Of a stretch of 60,374 nt of DNA, positions 28,122-38,345 are shown piece by piece. The notes beneath the pieces are model-generated. The model saw only the letters and a program-made list of their open reading frames with translations. It was not told the origin of the DNA and did not search any database. Each line of letters begins with the position of its first letter. Position 1 is the stretch's first letter. A program made the translations under genes and the position numbers. Source of the stretch: Candidatus Omnitrophota bacterium (GTDB lineage: Bacteria; Omnitrophota; Gorgyraeia; Zapsychrales; Zapsychraceae); the NCBI GenBank assembly GCA_023247445.1, contig JAHFGL010000010.1, forward strand, positions 1 through 60,374, in the 5' to 3' direction.

Positions 28122-28245
28122 AAATTCCAACTTTACAAATCACAAATACCAAACAATCTACAAATCACAATAACCAATACGTTTGTCGCTTGTTCATTGG
28201 TATTTGTAAATTGTTTAGCATTTGGAATTTGTTTATTGTGATTTG
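28122..28245. repeat. Inverted array of degenerate 7-mers (CAAATCA/CAAATAC-type)
   Basis: Left arm AAATCAC AAATACC AAAC AATCTAC AAATCAC AATAACC; right arm TTGGTAT TTGTAAA TTGT TTAGCAT TTGGAAT TTGTTTA TTGTGAT. Confidence 0.75.
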
Positions 28246-28248
28246 CCA

Positions 28249-28860
28249 TTAAACACGATACCCTTGAAACGGAAAATATAGAGGCTTCTCATCAATCTTT
28301 TCTTTATCACTTGGTCCCTTGCTTTTGATTTCTTCTGTAATAATTCGGCCGACATAAATTGAAACTTTCATTTGTTCTTCAACGCCAACCGTATCTTGAA
28401 TCTTCTTTGTCACAATTCGCTGAACCCTGGCAGAGACTTCTGGAATATTTACTTCCGACGATAAATTTAATCTAATCTTTATATCCAACCCCTGTTTAGT
28501 TGCTTTGATTTCAGATCGGACAGCCTTTACTTCACTTAATCTTAAAACTGTTCGCTTAATAAGATCTTCAACCGCGATTAAAGAAACCGTCACGCGGCCA
28601 GAAGGATTATCAAAAGCGATGATCTTATCGCGATGAACATTGATCGAAAAAAATTGATAAAAAACAAGATTAAACACAAGTAGCGCCCCAGCAAAAACGC
28701 CAACACCAAATCGTAAATGATCATTAAAATAAATACTGTTGAGTGCGTCTACGACAAAATCAATGTTTAACCAATGTAAAACAAAAAGCATAACAAAACA
28801 TCCGACAAATAAAATCAAAGTCACATACGTTAAAATCGCGATACGTTGAAAGAAAGTCAT
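28249..28860 (-). CDS. AmaP-like alkaline-shock membrane anchor
   Basis: Two TMs, G.V.VS..A.EDL, Asp23-like C-terminal fold; adjacent to Asp23. Confidence 0.7.
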   Translation of the reverse strand: MTFFQRIAILTYVTLILFVGCFVMLFVLHWLNIDFVVDALNSIYFNDHLRFGVGVFAGALLVFNLVFYQFFSINVHRDKIIAFDNPSGRVTVSLIAVEDLIKRTVLRLSEVKAVRSEIKATKQGLDIKIRLNLSSEVNIPEVSARVQRIVTKKIQDTVGVEEQMKVSIYVGRIITEEIKSKGPSDKEKIDEKPLYFPFQGYRV

Positions 28861-29213
28861 TGGACCCCCCTTTCAATGCCATGAATAGAGACATTGATCC
28901 CCTTTAATTTTATATCCACCATCTTTTCAATGGCGAATTTAACAGTATCTTGAATTTCGGTGGCAACATGAGGAATATTTAATCCGAATCGGACAATGAC
29001 CTTGACATCTAAACTCACATCACCGTTTTCATCAATATTAACATCAACGCCAGGATACATTTTGTATTCAAAGGCTTTTAGAAATTTACTGGCAATATTA
29101 TCTTGAACAAGAGTCACCCCTTCAATAGATGCCACGGCTGAGGCGACAATTTCGGCCAACGCCTGTTTGTGAACTTTAATGGACCCTAGATCAAGATTGT
29201 TCAGCTGTCTCAT
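28857..29213 (-). CDS. Asp23/Gls24 family protein
   Basis: LGSIKV....LAEI...A...IEGV, V.FG.NIP.VA..IQ..V...IE.M. Confidence 0.85.
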   Translation of the reverse strand: MRQLNNLDLGSIKVHKQALAEIVASAVASIEGVTLVQDNIASKFLKAFEYKMYPGVDVNIDENGDVSLDVKVIVRFGLNIPHVATEIQDTVKFAIEKMVDIKLKGINVSIHGIERGVQ

Positions 29214-30570
29214 TGATGCGACTTCCTTCCGGTTTAATAATTTTTTCGAGAAAATGTGTTGTAACACGTCCTTCTAAAAATAATGGATGATTTAAGATTT
29301 TTGAATGTAAACCAATCGTTGTTTTAATCGGACTGATATAAAATTCTTCTAAAGCGCGGCTCATAATACTAATGGCTTCACGTCGATTTTTTCCAAAGGT
29401 AATGAGCTTTGCCACCATCGAATCATAATTAGGCGGAATCTTGTAGCCTGTATAAATATGCGTATCGACACGCACCCCCGGTCCGCCAGGCAAATTAAGC
29501 TGTTCAATTTTTCCCGGCGAAGGAATAAAACCATTGTCAGGATCCTCGGCATTAATTCGGCATTCAATCGCCGCGCCATGTATTTTAACATCATCTTGCT
29601 TAATCTTTAATTTTTCTCCGGCCGCAATCTTTAACTGTTCTTTAACAATATCAATGCCTGTTACCATCTCTGTTACGGGATGTTCAACCTGAATACGCGT
29701 ATTCATTTCCATAAAATAAAATTCGCCATGGCTATCTAACAAAAATTCAATGGTCCCAACATTACGATAATTGACTGACTTAGCTGCACGAACTGCAGCA
29801 TCGCCCATTCTTTTTCTTAATTTGCTGTCGAGCGCTGGCGAAGGGGCTTCTTCCAACAACTTTTGATGCCGACGCTGAATACTGCAATCACGCTCGCCTA
29901 AATGAATAATGTTGCCATAATGATCCGCCATGATTTGAAATTCAATGTGACGCGGGTCTTGAAGATATTTTTCAATATAAACATCCGGGTTGCCGAAGTT
30001 TGCCTCCGCTTCCTTTTGCGCCATTGTAAAAGAACTGACGAGCGTCACATCATTGTGGCAAACGCGCATCCCCTTACCACCACCACCGGCCGACGCTTTG
30101 ATAATAACGGGATAACGAATTTTTTTGGCAATATCAAGCGCCTCTTCTTTGGTTTTAACAACGCCTTTGCCACCGGGTGTTAAAGGAACACCAATTTTAC
30201 GCATTGTTTGTTTGGCGATAACCTTGTCTCCCATCGCGCGAATAGCTTGTGGCGTTGGGCCGATAAAATTAATATTACACGATTGACAAATTTCAGCAAA
30301 ATGGGCATTCTCAGCTAAAAATCCATACCCAGGATGAATGGCTTCGACATCTGTCACTTCAGCGGCAGAAATAATAGCGGGAATGTTTAAATAACTATCA
30401 GCGCTTGGGGCTGGGCCAATGCAAACCGCTTCATCGGCAAAGCGCACATGGGAAGAATCACGATCGACTTCCGAATAAACCGCAACCGTTTTGATATTGA
30501 GTTCTCGGCAGGCACGGATAATACGTAAAGCAATCTCACCACGATTAGCAATTAATATTTTGGAAAACAT
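29191..30570 (-). CDS. accC: Acetyl-CoA carboxylase biotin carboxylase
   Basis: [42 protein letters not shown]. Confidence 0.98.
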   Translation of the reverse strand: MFSKILIANRGEIALRIIRACRELNIKTVAVYSEVDRDSSHVRFADEAVCIGPAPSADSYLNIPAIISAAEVTDVEAIHPGYGFLAENAHFAEICQSCNINFIGPTPQAIRAMGDKVIAKQTMRKIGVPLTPGGKGVVKTKEEALDIAKKIRYPVIIKASAGGGGKGMRVCHNDVTLVSSFTMAQKEAEANFGNPDVYIEKYLQDPRHIEFQIMADHYGNIIHLGERDCSIQRRHQKLLEEAPSPALDSKLRKRMGDAAVRAAKSVNYRNVGTIEFLLDSHGEFYFMEMNTRIQVEHPVTEMVTGIDIVKEQLKIAAGEKLKIKQDDVKIHGAAIECRINAEDPDNGFIPSPGKIEQLNLPGGPGVRVDTHIYTGYKIPPNYDSMVAKLITFGKNRREAISIMSRALEEFYISPIKTTIGLHSKILNHPLFLEGRVTTHFLEKIIKPEGSRINETAEQS

Positions 30571-30600
30571 AAGATTATCAAATGATCAGGTGAAAAATTA

Positions 30601-31053
30601 TTAGGTCGTTTCAACGACAAAAAGTACCTGCCCAAATTCAACGGGCTGAGCATTATCAATTAACGATTCAACAACCTTACCGCGAACTTCAGATTTAATT
30701 TCATTCATCAGCTTCATGGCTTCAACAATACAAACAACTTGCCCAACTTCAACAGTTTGTCCCACCTCAATAAATGGCGGCGTTTCAGGAGATGGTGATC
30801 GATAAAAAGTTCCAACCATTGGCGACTTAATATCTTTTCGATTTGGATTAACAGGTTGTTCCCCTTCTAAACCAGCTTTAACAGAATGGGGTGTTTCAAT
30901 ACGATAGGAAATAGGCGTGCGGGGCATCATTTCGGAAATTTCTGAGGAGGATTTCTTGAGCTTGACCTTCATTCCATCTCGTTCAATTTCAATTTCCGCC
31001 AGATCATTTTCATTCATCAAATTAATGATTTCTTTTATTTCTTTAAGGTTCAT
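30601..31053 (-). CDS. accB: Biotin carboxyl carrier protein
   Basis: SPMVGTFYR, EAMKLMNEI. Confidence 0.97.
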   Translation of the reverse strand: MNLKEIKEIINLMNENDLAEIEIERDGMKVKLKKSSSEISEMMPRTPISYRIETPHSVKAGLEGEQPVNPNRKDIKSPMVGTFYRSPSPETPPFIEVGQTVEVGQVVCIVEAMKLMNEIKSEVRGKVVESLIDNAQPVEFGQVLFVVETT

Positions 31054-31616
31054 TTTTTTACCCTTTCGACATATTCTCCAGATCTTGTGTCGATCCTAAC
31101 CCAATCACCTTTGGCAATAAATAATGGTGCATAAACCGTTGCCCCTGTATCAATCTTAACGGGCTTGGTGCCAGCCCGAGAAGAATCTCCCTTTAACCCA
31201 GGATCAGCTTCCATAATTTCTGTAATAATAAAATTAGGAAGTTCAATCTTTAAAACTTTATTGTTGTAACAAATTCCTAAAACTTCCATATTCTCCTGTA
31301 AAAATTTAATATTATCACCCAAAACCTCTTCAGGAATGACAACTTCTTCATAGGTTGAATGGTCCATAAAATGATGTCCGTCCGCACTCTGATAAAGATT
31401 TTGCAATTTTCGTTCTTCTAGCTCAATATCATCCAGGGAATCTGACGATCGGAAGGTTCTTTCTAAGACCTGCAGTGTTTTAAGATTTTTTACTCTAACG
31501 CGGACAAACGCAGCGCCTTTGCCAGGCTTGACATGGTTAAATTCTTGGACCAAAAAGATTTGGCCGTCAATCATCAGCCCCATGCCAGATTCAATTTCAT
31601 TAATCGATATTCCCAC
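31050..31616 (-). CDS. efp: Elongation factor P
   Basis: HVKPGKG, DTRSGEY..R. Confidence 0.97.
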   Translation of the reverse strand: MGISINEIESGMGLMIDGQIFLVQEFNHVKPGKGAAFVRVRVKNLKTLQVLERTFRSSDSLDDIELEERKLQNLYQSADGHHFMDHSTYEEVVIPEEVLGDNIKFLQENMEVLGICYNNKVLKIELPNFIITEIMEADPGLKGDSSRAGTKPVKIDTGATVYAPLFIAKGDWVRIDTRSGEYVERVKK

Positions 31617-32661
31617 TTAACACCTTTCCCTTATCTTTTTGAACTAAAACCATATCTTCAATGCGAATCCCAAATTTATTCGGTAAGTAAACGCCAGGCT
31701 CTACTGTCACGATCATGCCTTCTTTTAAAATCGCATTGCTATTTTGCGAAAGCCTTGGATTTTCGTGAATCTCAAGCCCTACGCCGTGGCCTAACGAATG
31801 TCCAAAATATTGATCTAACTTATTTTTTGCTAACGAGTTACGAGCCTCTCGATCAACGTCAGCAACTGAAATTCCAGCTTTAATTTTAGCAATCGCGATT
31901 TGCTGCGCTTCTCGAACAGATGCGTTTACTTTTTCTACAAGAGGCGTTATTCTACCTAAAAAGAACATACGTGTCAAGTCGGACTTATAGCCATTTACGT
32001 CAATTCCGATGTCAATCAGCACTGGTTCGTTATTTTTGATTTTTCGATTCGTTACTTTAGCATGCGGATAACAGGAGTTAGGTCCTGAGGCGATAATAGG
32101 GCTAAAAGAAAATCCACATCCTCTGGATTTTACATAATTTTCCAGCTTTAAAAAGACGTCTTGCTCCGTAACACCAGGCTTAATAACCCCCTTCAAGAAT
32201 TTAAGCGTATCCGCATGAACTTTTAGCGCCTTTTTAACCTGATTAACTTCATAAGTATCCTTAATTTCTCGAAAATTCTCGACTAGATTACTGGTTGGAA
32301 CCAATTTGATCGTTTTAGGACATTTTTCAGTTAATGTTCGATATTGCGCAAGTGTGATATGGCGATCATCAAACCCAATTGATTTAATTTTCTGCTCAGC
32401 TGCTGTTTCAAAAAGAGTTTGATAAATAGATTTGGTATATTGTTTAATCGCAATGCCTTTAAGTCCTCTTTGCGCTTCCAAAATATATCGAAAATCAGTG
32501 ATATAAAATGATTTTTGGGGCGTGACGAACAACCAAGACTCGCTGGCTGGAAAATTTGTCAGATAAGTGATATTGACGTCTTTTACAACGAGAAAGGCAT
32601 CAATTTTATGTTGGGCAAACGTTGCGGTAAGTTGTTTAATTCTTGAATTCACCAAGAGCAC
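31600..32661 (-). CDS. Xaa-Pro aminopeptidase (M24B)
   Basis: TDFRY, SDLTR, HSLGHGVGLEIHE, EPGVY, GIRIED. Confidence 0.93.
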   Translation of the reverse strand: MLLVNSRIKQLTATFAQHKIDAFLVVKDVNITYLTNFPASESWLFVTPQKSFYITDFRYILEAQRGLKGIAIKQYTKSIYQTLFETAAEQKIKSIGFDDRHITLAQYRTLTEKCPKTIKLVPTSNLVENFREIKDTYEVNQVKKALKVHADTLKFLKGVIKPGVTEQDVFLKLENYVKSRGCGFSFSPIIASGPNSCYPHAKVTNRKIKNNEPVLIDIGIDVNGYKSDLTRMFFLGRITPLVEKVNASVREAQQIAIAKIKAGISVADVDREARNSLAKNKLDQYFGHSLGHGVGLEIHENPRLSQNSNAILKEGMIVTVEPGVYLPNKFGIRIEDMVLVQKDKGKVLSGNID

Positions 32662-32668
32662 CCGAGAA

Positions 32669-33109
32669 TTATTTGTTTAATAGGTTAATGATCGCTTGTA
32701 ATCCAAGAATATAACTGTTTGGTCCAAAGCCGGTGACCTGCCCATGGCAGACGGGCGCAATGAGGGATGTATGCCGAAATTCTTCTCGGGCAAAGATGTT
32801 GGACAAATGCACTTCAACGGTAGGAATGTTGTTCGCGGCAACCGCATCGCGGATCGCAATGCTGGTGTGCGTATACGCCGCAGGGTTCATTAGAATAGCT
32901 TTGATATTATTGGTCTTGGCTTTGCCAATAATATCAACAATTTCACCCTCATGATTCGACTGAAAAATCTCTAAACTGACATTGTTGGCTTGGGCTAATT
33001 TCGTTAAAGAAGCATTAATCTCATCAAGTGTCGTTTTACCATAAACATTCTGTTCTCGCTGACCTAATAAATTTAAATTGGGGCCATGAATGACTAAAAC
33101 TTTATTCAT
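32669..33109 (-). CDS. aroQ: Type II 3-dehydroquinate dehydratase
   Basis: [32 protein letters not shown]. Confidence 0.97.
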   Translation of the reverse strand: MNKVLVIHGPNLNLLGQREQNVYGKTTLDEINASLTKLAQANNVSLEIFQSNHEGEIVDIIGKAKTNNIKAILMNPAAYTHTSIAIRDAVAANNIPTVEVHLSNIFAREEFRHTSLIAPVCHGQVTGFGPNSYILGLQAIINLLNK

Positions 33110-33130
33110 ATTTTTTCTCCAAACGATTAA

Positions 33131-33286
33131 CTATTTTTGGGCTTCCTCAACTAACATAACAGGGATTCCATCTTTAATCGGATACTTACGCCCGCAGGAC
33201 GAACACACAATCTTACCATTTGCTTCTTTGACATCCCCGCGACAAGCCGGACAGGCTAAGATGCTTAACAATTCCTTGTCGATCAT
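33131..33286 (-). CDS. Trm112/YcaR-like protein (51 aa), not in ORF track
   Basis: MIDKELLSILACPACRGDVKEANGKIVCSSCGRKYPIKDGIPVMLVEEAQK*. Confidence 0.9.
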   Translation of the reverse strand: MIDKELLSILACPACRGDVKEANGKIVCSSCGRKYPIKDGIPVMLVEEAQK

Positions 33287-33747
33287 GCTACGCCTTCGCG
33301 TTTATAAAGCTCAATAAATTTCATTTGTAGCTGATATAAAGATGTGTTTAAAACATCTCCCTCTTTTTTTGTCAGATTGCCTTTTGTTTTTTCTCGAAGC
33401 ATGGCCAAAGTATCAATAATAAATTTAGCCTGCTCAAGATTAGTCTCTGGCATATTCGTCATTGGGTTTGGAATTTCCCCCAAGAAAATCATCGCCTGGT
33501 ACGCTAAGCTGGAAATATAGTTTAAAAAATTAATTTGCGATTCGCTGGATTCTCCTGCCTCTTCTTGGGAATCTTGGGCTTGATCTTGAGTTGAAGATTG
33601 AGGCGCTTGTTGATCTGTCGATTGTGGATGCTCCTGTGTGGAAGATCGTTGGGGTTGTTCACGGCTGCCCGCAACTACTTTTAACTTTTCCTTTTCTTGT
33701 TGAGCCGTTTCCTTCCAAGACTCATCAACATATTTTTCTCGATCCAT
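33283..33747 (-). CDS. DUF1844-family protein
   Basis: VDESWK; QAMIFLG.IPNP, NL.QAK..ID.L.ML.EKTKGNL. Confidence 0.85.
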   Translation of the reverse strand: MDREKYVDESWKETAQQEKEKLKVVAGSREQPQRSSTQEHPQSTDQQAPQSSTQDQAQDSQEEAGESSESQINFLNYISSLAYQAMIFLGEIPNPMTNMPETNLEQAKFIIDTLAMLREKTKGNLTKKEGDVLNTSLYQLQMKFIELYKREGVA

Positions 33748-33793
33748 AACGACAACTCCTGTTTTGCAAAGATTTTCCTCTTTAAGCGCGTCT

Positions 33794-33822
33794 AGATTAT
33801 CATTTCAGATAACCATTGTCAA
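33794..33822 (-). promoter_or_regulatory. Sigma70 promoter upstream of DUF1844-aroQ-efp-acc cluster
   Basis: TTGACA, 17 nt, TGn-TAATCT. Confidence 0.6.
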
Positions 33823-33852
33823 TCGTGGACAAAAGGCCCTTCTTGGCTATTT

Positions 33853-34578
33853 CTACTTATCACTAACCTCAAAGGAAATAACCACATTAAAGGTCAACTC
33901 GGGATAGTTAAGATCTTCAGGAAATTTATCAAAAGGTCCAGATTCTTCAATACTTCGTATTCCAACTGTTCGCAAATAACTATTGGCCGATGTCTTGTCT
34001 TCAATAATCTTGACCTGCTTAAGTATTCCGTCAGAGGCAAGCGCAAAAGTCAAATACACTTGCCCGGCCTGAAAATCAGGACTGTCAACATAGGCATAAG
34101 CTCGTTGGCGAATTTTTTGACGGATACGATCGTTATAACTCAAATATTTAGGATTTGTAATTTTCTCGGATTTCAAAATAGGAACGGTAATCTTTCGTTC
34201 CATATTAAACGCTTTAACAGGCAACCCTTCTTTACTTTCAAAACTAAGATCACTTGCCTTCATTTTCGACGTATCATTAATACTTTTCTCTGCAGGAGAA
34301 AAAACATCGGTCGCCTTAGAGAAAACTTTAATATTCTTAATCGGTTTTTCTTTTGTCACATTTAGATCTTTAACACTCTTTTTATTGGCCTCTGGTATTG
34401 GTTTTATCGAATCATAAGTGATCTCGATCATATTCAACGGTTTCTTTAACGCTTTAATTCTCTTTAAAGTAAAGTAACTAATAAGAACCAAATGAACAAA
34501 AAGAGAAATTAGTAGCGCCCAGTAAAAAAAACGGTCTCGATTGGTCATCCAATTAAAATAAAGTTTTTGATTGTTCAT
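33853..34578 (-). CDS. TonB C-terminal-like single-TM protein
   Basis: SLFVH TM motif, linker, Y...I..KI...G.V.L.F....DG...S...PF..FP. Confidence 0.7.
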   Translation of the reverse strand: MNNQKLYFNWMTNRDRFFYWALLISLFVHLVLISYFTLKRIKALKKPLNMIEITYDSIKPIPEANKKSVKDLNVTKEKPIKNIKVFSKATDVFSPAEKSINDTSKMKASDLSFESKEGLPVKAFNMERKITVPILKSEKITNPKYLSYNDRIRQKIRQRAYAYVDSPDFQAGQVYLTFALASDGILKQVKIIEDKTSANSYLRTVGIRSIEESGPFDKFPEDLNYPELTFNVVISFEVSDK

Positions 34579-34590
34579 CGCTAACAGATA

Positions 34591-35274
34591 CTAGGGGGAA
34601 TATTTCTTATTAGAAAAAAATACCTCTTTAATAAAATAATTAAAGAAGCGAATTGTGTCTTTAACGGGATGAATATGACTTGTTTCATCGCCATAAATAG
34701 TCCGTATAGGGACCGAATAAATCTTATATCCCTTGCGAGACGCTTCGATAAGCATCTCTGTTTCAATCTCAAAACTATTACACCTTAAATTAATATTTCT
34801 TAAAACATCCGCGCCAATATAGCGATAACCGCACTGTGTATCAGCAACGGATTGATGACAGGCCCAAGAGATAAGAAATGACATAAAACGATTGGTTGCA
34901 TAGCGAACCAGGGGCATCCCTTTGGCATTCTTCATTCGATTTCCTGTCACAATGCTCTGGGGATGAATGTTGGCTTCACCAGTAAAAAGCTCAAGGTCCT
35001 CGGTGGCGTGTTGGGCATCTCCATCCATGATAATGACGCCATCATAACCCTGCTTTATAATATATTCGAAACCTTTCTGAAGAGAATATCCTTTACCATT
35101 CTTTTGATCATTTCTAATGACCTTGGCTCCATTTTTTAAAGCGATCGCCCCGGAATTATCCGTTGAACCATCATCAACCACAACAACATCAAATTTCAAG
35201 TTTCTAACGGCCGCAACAACCGAACCAATATTTTTTGATTCATTATAAACTGGAATAAGAATACAAATTTTCAT
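34591..35274 (-). CDS. GT2 glycosyltransferase (DPM-synthase-like)
   Basis: IPVYNE, VVDDGSTD, MDGD.QH, DTQCGYR. Confidence 0.92.
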   Translation of the reverse strand: MKICILIPVYNESKNIGSVVAAVRNLKFDVVVVDDGSTDNSGAIALKNGAKVIRNDQKNGKGYSLQKGFEYIIKQGYDGVIIMDGDAQHATEDLELFTGEANIHPQSIVTGNRMKNAKGMPLVRYATNRFMSFLISWACHQSVADTQCGYRYIGADVLRNINLRCNSFEIETEMLIEASRKGYKIYSVPIRTIYGDETSHIHPVKDTIRFFNYFIKEVFFSNKKYSP

Positions 35275-36167
35275 GTTTTTAAATTACCTTTTATTTTACT
35301 TAAATCATCAATCCAAAACTTTCTAAACATCAACCATTGAGATGGATATTTCAAGATTTTATCTTCAATAATACCAATATATTTCTTCATAAAATTCTTC
35401 AGTAAATCTTGATCAATTTCCCCTTTAAAAACTTTCTCGGGATAAATTGGATCAGCGACCATCAAACGAAATTGACGTTCGCCCTCCCGAATAAGAAACA
35501 TCGGAACCACCGGTGCTCCTGTTTTATAGGAAAAAATTGCCGGTCCTTTGGGAATCAGTGTCTTTCGTCCAAAAAAGTCGAGAACTTCTCCCGTTAAACC
35601 AAAATCACGATCCGCGACCAGCGCAATAATGCCATTCTTATGCAAGGTTTCAAGACACCGACGAACGGCATAATGGCTCGGCACCACAGTTACTCCCCGA
35701 ATAGCCCTTTGATTATTAAACAGATCATTAACCGGACGTTCTTTATGAGGAAGCGCCACCGCAACCAGACGGTAACCCATCATCCCCAAAAGAATACTTC
35801 CCAGTTCCCAGTTTCCAATATGGGCCGTTATAATAATTGCGCCCTTACCCTTGGCTAAGACTTGTTCAAGTCGTTCAATATGATCAATCTTAATATGTTC
35901 CCGGATATAATCGTCATTCATCATCTCCGGCATGCGAAAAAACTCAACCAAATATTGTCCAAAATTCTGAAAAACTTCTTTTGTTAGAGTTTCTAAATTA
36001 TTGGAGGACTTTAGAATAACTTTTATATTGTCATGGACTGCTTTGCGATCCCGCGGTGAAAAATAGTATTGTAAACCGGAGAAAAATCGAGCAAGTTTAA
36101 AAGATGTTTCTAAAGGAATCAGCCGTATGACGAACAGACCAAATTGATACAGCAGGAATTTAAACAT
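35271..36167 (-). CDS. LpxL/PatA-like lipid acyltransferase
   Basis: TAHIGNWE, LVADR, FFG, P.QW. Confidence 0.88.
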   Translation of the reverse strand: MFKFLLYQFGLFVIRLIPLETSFKLARFFSGLQYYFSPRDRKAVHDNIKVILKSSNNLETLTKEVFQNFGQYLVEFFRMPEMMNDDYIREHIKIDHIERLEQVLAKGKGAIIITAHIGNWELGSILLGMMGYRLVAVALPHKERPVNDLFNNQRAIRGVTVVPSHYAVRRCLETLHKNGIIALVADRDFGLTGEVLDFFGRKTLIPKGPAIFSYKTGAPVVPMFLIREGERQFRLMVADPIYPEKVFKGEIDQDLLKNFMKKYIGIIEDKILKYPSQWLMFRKFWIDDLSKIKGNLKT

Positions 36168-37350
36168 AATTCTTTAGCTTTAGATCATTTTCAAAACTTC
36201 TGTCGAGAGAGCTACTCTCTTGGCCTAAGATCAACTTGGCAATATTAATGGCAGAAAAAGGTTTGGCACTTTCCAGGGCAGCTTGACGCATCGCATTTAA
36301 TCGTTCTGGAGATTTCAACAAAATCTCAACTTCCTCACCGATATCATTAGTACTATCAATACGAACAGCAATTCCTTTATGAATAAGAAAATCTGTGTTA
36401 CGCATCTCTTGTCCTGGGATGGGATTGACAATAACCATGGGAAGATTCTTCGCGAGCGACTCCGCAGTTGTCATGCCGCCGGGTTTAGTTATAATCAGGC
36501 TTGATAACTCCATGAACTCATCGACATTGGAAACAAATTCATAGATAAGAATTTTCTTATCTGTTTTTTTAGATAATTTATTTAATTTTTTTATAATCTT
36601 CTTATTCATTCCCGCTAAAACAACAATTTGGCAATGAACTTCCATCTTAATAAGCGACTTAACAATGGATTTAATTGGTCCCAACCCTTGACCGCCGCCC
36701 ATTACTAGAATCGTTGGAAGGTTAGGATTTAATCCCAATTTAATTCCCAATTGTTTCTTTTCAGGGTGCGTGGCAAAGCAAGGCCGAATGGGAATCCCAT
36801 AAACTTTAATTGCCGCGGGATTCATTCCCTTACTGATAAATCGTTCCCGAGCATCTTCAGAGGGGACGACATAATAATCAACCCCCTCATTGATCCAATA
36901 GGAATGGGGAGCAAAATCTGTTAACACTCCAATAATTTTGACATTTAAGTTATTAGCTTTTTTATAATCAGCGACCATGCCACAGGGAAAGGCTTGGGTA
37001 CAAACAATAATGTCGGGTTTATATTGATCAAAAAGTTTCTCTAACTTTTTATGGCTAGTTTTATGGAGAAAATTTTTAAGTGATTGCGATTTCTTAAAAA
37101 CTTTGGGATTATCATATAAATAATCCCAAACCTTTGGCGTACGTTTAATGACGCTCATGTATGTCTTATGGATAATCTGTTCAAGAATAGGATACGTGTA
37201 GCCGAATCCATTTACGGAAGGCGTTTCTATCGTAGGATCTAACTCTTCAAGGGCATGTTGGATAGCAACAGTCGCCTGACGGTGACCAGAGACTCGGGTA
37301 ATATACATTAATAATACGCGTAATTTTCTAAGCTCTCGATTTGTCGTCAT
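36160..37350 (-). CDS. MGDG-synthase/UgtP-like GT28 glycosyltransferase
   Basis: SGH, TDF..H..W, GIPIRP.F, MGGGQG, ITKPGG.T..E, PIPGQE..N. Confidence 0.88.
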   Translation of the reverse strand: MTTNRELRKLRVLLMYITRVSGHRQATVAIQHALEELDPTIETPSVNGFGYTYPILEQIIHKTYMSVIKRTPKVWDYLYDNPKVFKKSQSLKNFLHKTSHKKLEKLFDQYKPDIIVCTQAFPCGMVADYKKANNLNVKIIGVLTDFAPHSYWINEGVDYYVVPSEDARERFISKGMNPAAIKVYGIPIRPCFATHPEKKQLGIKLGLNPNLPTILVMGGGQGLGPIKSIVKSLIKMEVHCQIVVLAGMNKKIIKKLNKLSKKTDKKILIYEFVSNVDEFMELSSLIITKPGGMTTAESLAKNLPMVIVNPIPGQEMRNTDFLIHKGIAVRIDSTNDIGEEVEILLKSPERLNAMRQAALESAKPFSAINIAKLILGQESSSLDRSFENDLKLKNYV

Positions 37351-37354
37351 AAAA

Positions 37355-37594
37355 TTAAGTGGACGCTTCAATAATGGCTAAGACTGATCCAATTTGAGCT
37401 TCTTTCCCTTCAGGAATTAAAATTTGTTTAACAACGCCTTTACTCCCCGCGGAAACATTAAATGTCGCCTTGTCTGTTACTAATTCCACAATATCGTCTT
37501 CTTCATAAACTTGATCGCCAACCTTACAATGCCAGCAAGCCACAACCGCTTTTTCAATACCTTCACCTAGTTCTGGGATAAGCACTTGGCTCAT
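37355..37594 (-). CDS. Stand-alone lipoyl-domain protein
   Basis: IPELGEGI, W....GD.V, TDKA lipoyl-lysine motif; only 79 aa. Confidence 0.85.
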   Translation of the reverse strand: MSQVLIPELGEGIEKAVVACWHCKVGDQVYEEDDIVELVTDKATFNVSAGSKGVVKQILIPEGKEAQIGSVLAIIEAST

Positions 37595-37608
37595 GACAAA
37601 CTCCTTCA

Positions 37609-38262
37609 TCAAATATGCAATTGAAATGACTTTATAAAATTCTTTATCATTAAATCTTTGACCTGTTGCATCGAGATATTTTTACCTTTGAGGGAAGCGA
37701 TCGAGGTCATCTGAATATTTAAACCGCAAGGTCGAATCATTTTAAAAAGATTCAAATCTGTATTAACATTTACTGCCAGTCCATGATAGGAAATCCATTT
37801 ACGAACCCCCACCCCAATGGAAACAATCTTTTTTCCGCCAACCCAAGCCCCTGTCCGTCCTGAAAATCTAGTAGCCACTATATCAAAATCCTTTAATAAA
37901 TCAATGGCAACTTGTTCTAATTTGGACAAATACGCATGTAAATCTTTGCCATAATGCGTCAAATCAAAAATCGGATACACAACCAATTGCCCTGGGCTAT
38001 GCAGCGTCACATCTCCGCCACGATCAATATTATGAATGTTAACCCCTTGGTCTAATATTTCTCCACTCGACATCAATAGGTTTTCCTTTTTAGTCATTCG
38101 TCCCAAGGTCAAAACAGCTGGATGCTCACACAGCAACAACCTTTGGATGCCGTTCTCACGCACCTTTTGGACATAATCCATCTGTACCGCATAGGCTTTT
38201 GTATAGTCAATCAAACCTAAATCTTCGATTTCACAGGCCATTACTTTTTGCGTTTGTAACAA
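37609..38262 (-). CDS. lipB: Octanoyltransferase
   Basis: EHP.V.TLG, DRGG.VT.H.PGQ, KIVSIG, HGLAVN, PCG. Confidence 0.95.
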   Translation of the reverse strand: MLQTQKVMACEIEDLGLIDYTKAYAVQMDYVQKVRENGIQRLLLCEHPAVLTLGRMTKKENLLMSSGEILDQGVNIHNIDRGGDVTLHSPGQLVVYPIFDLTHYGKDLHAYLSKLEQVAIDLLKDFDIVATRFSGRTGAWVGGKKIVSIGVGVRKWISYHGLAVNVNTDLNLFKMIRPCGLNIQMTSIASLKGKNISMQQVKDLMIKNFIKSFQLHI

Positions 38263-38281
38263 TTGATCCCCCTTAAATACA

Positions 38282-38314
38282 AACCCCGATTCAAATTATC
38301 TTCGAATCGGGGTT
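38282..38314 (-). terminator. Probable intrinsic terminator after the icd-like gene
   Basis: AACCCCGATTC...GAATCGGGGTT 11-bp stem followed on the minus strand by TGTATTT. Confidence 0.6.
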
Positions 38315-38345
38315 CAGTATACAATAAACACACACTAATTAGAAA

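Noticed and set aside
28122-28245. CRISPR array, or part of the 27909-28241 plus-strand ORF
   Set aside because: It consists of degenerate 7-mers without unique spacers or cas genes, and the ORF is antisense to pfk and low-complexity.
33131-33286. Unannotated Cys-rich microprotein as a novelty
   Set aside because: It is a recognisable Trm112/YcaR-family protein, simply below the ORF-track length cutoff; the same applies to rpmJ.
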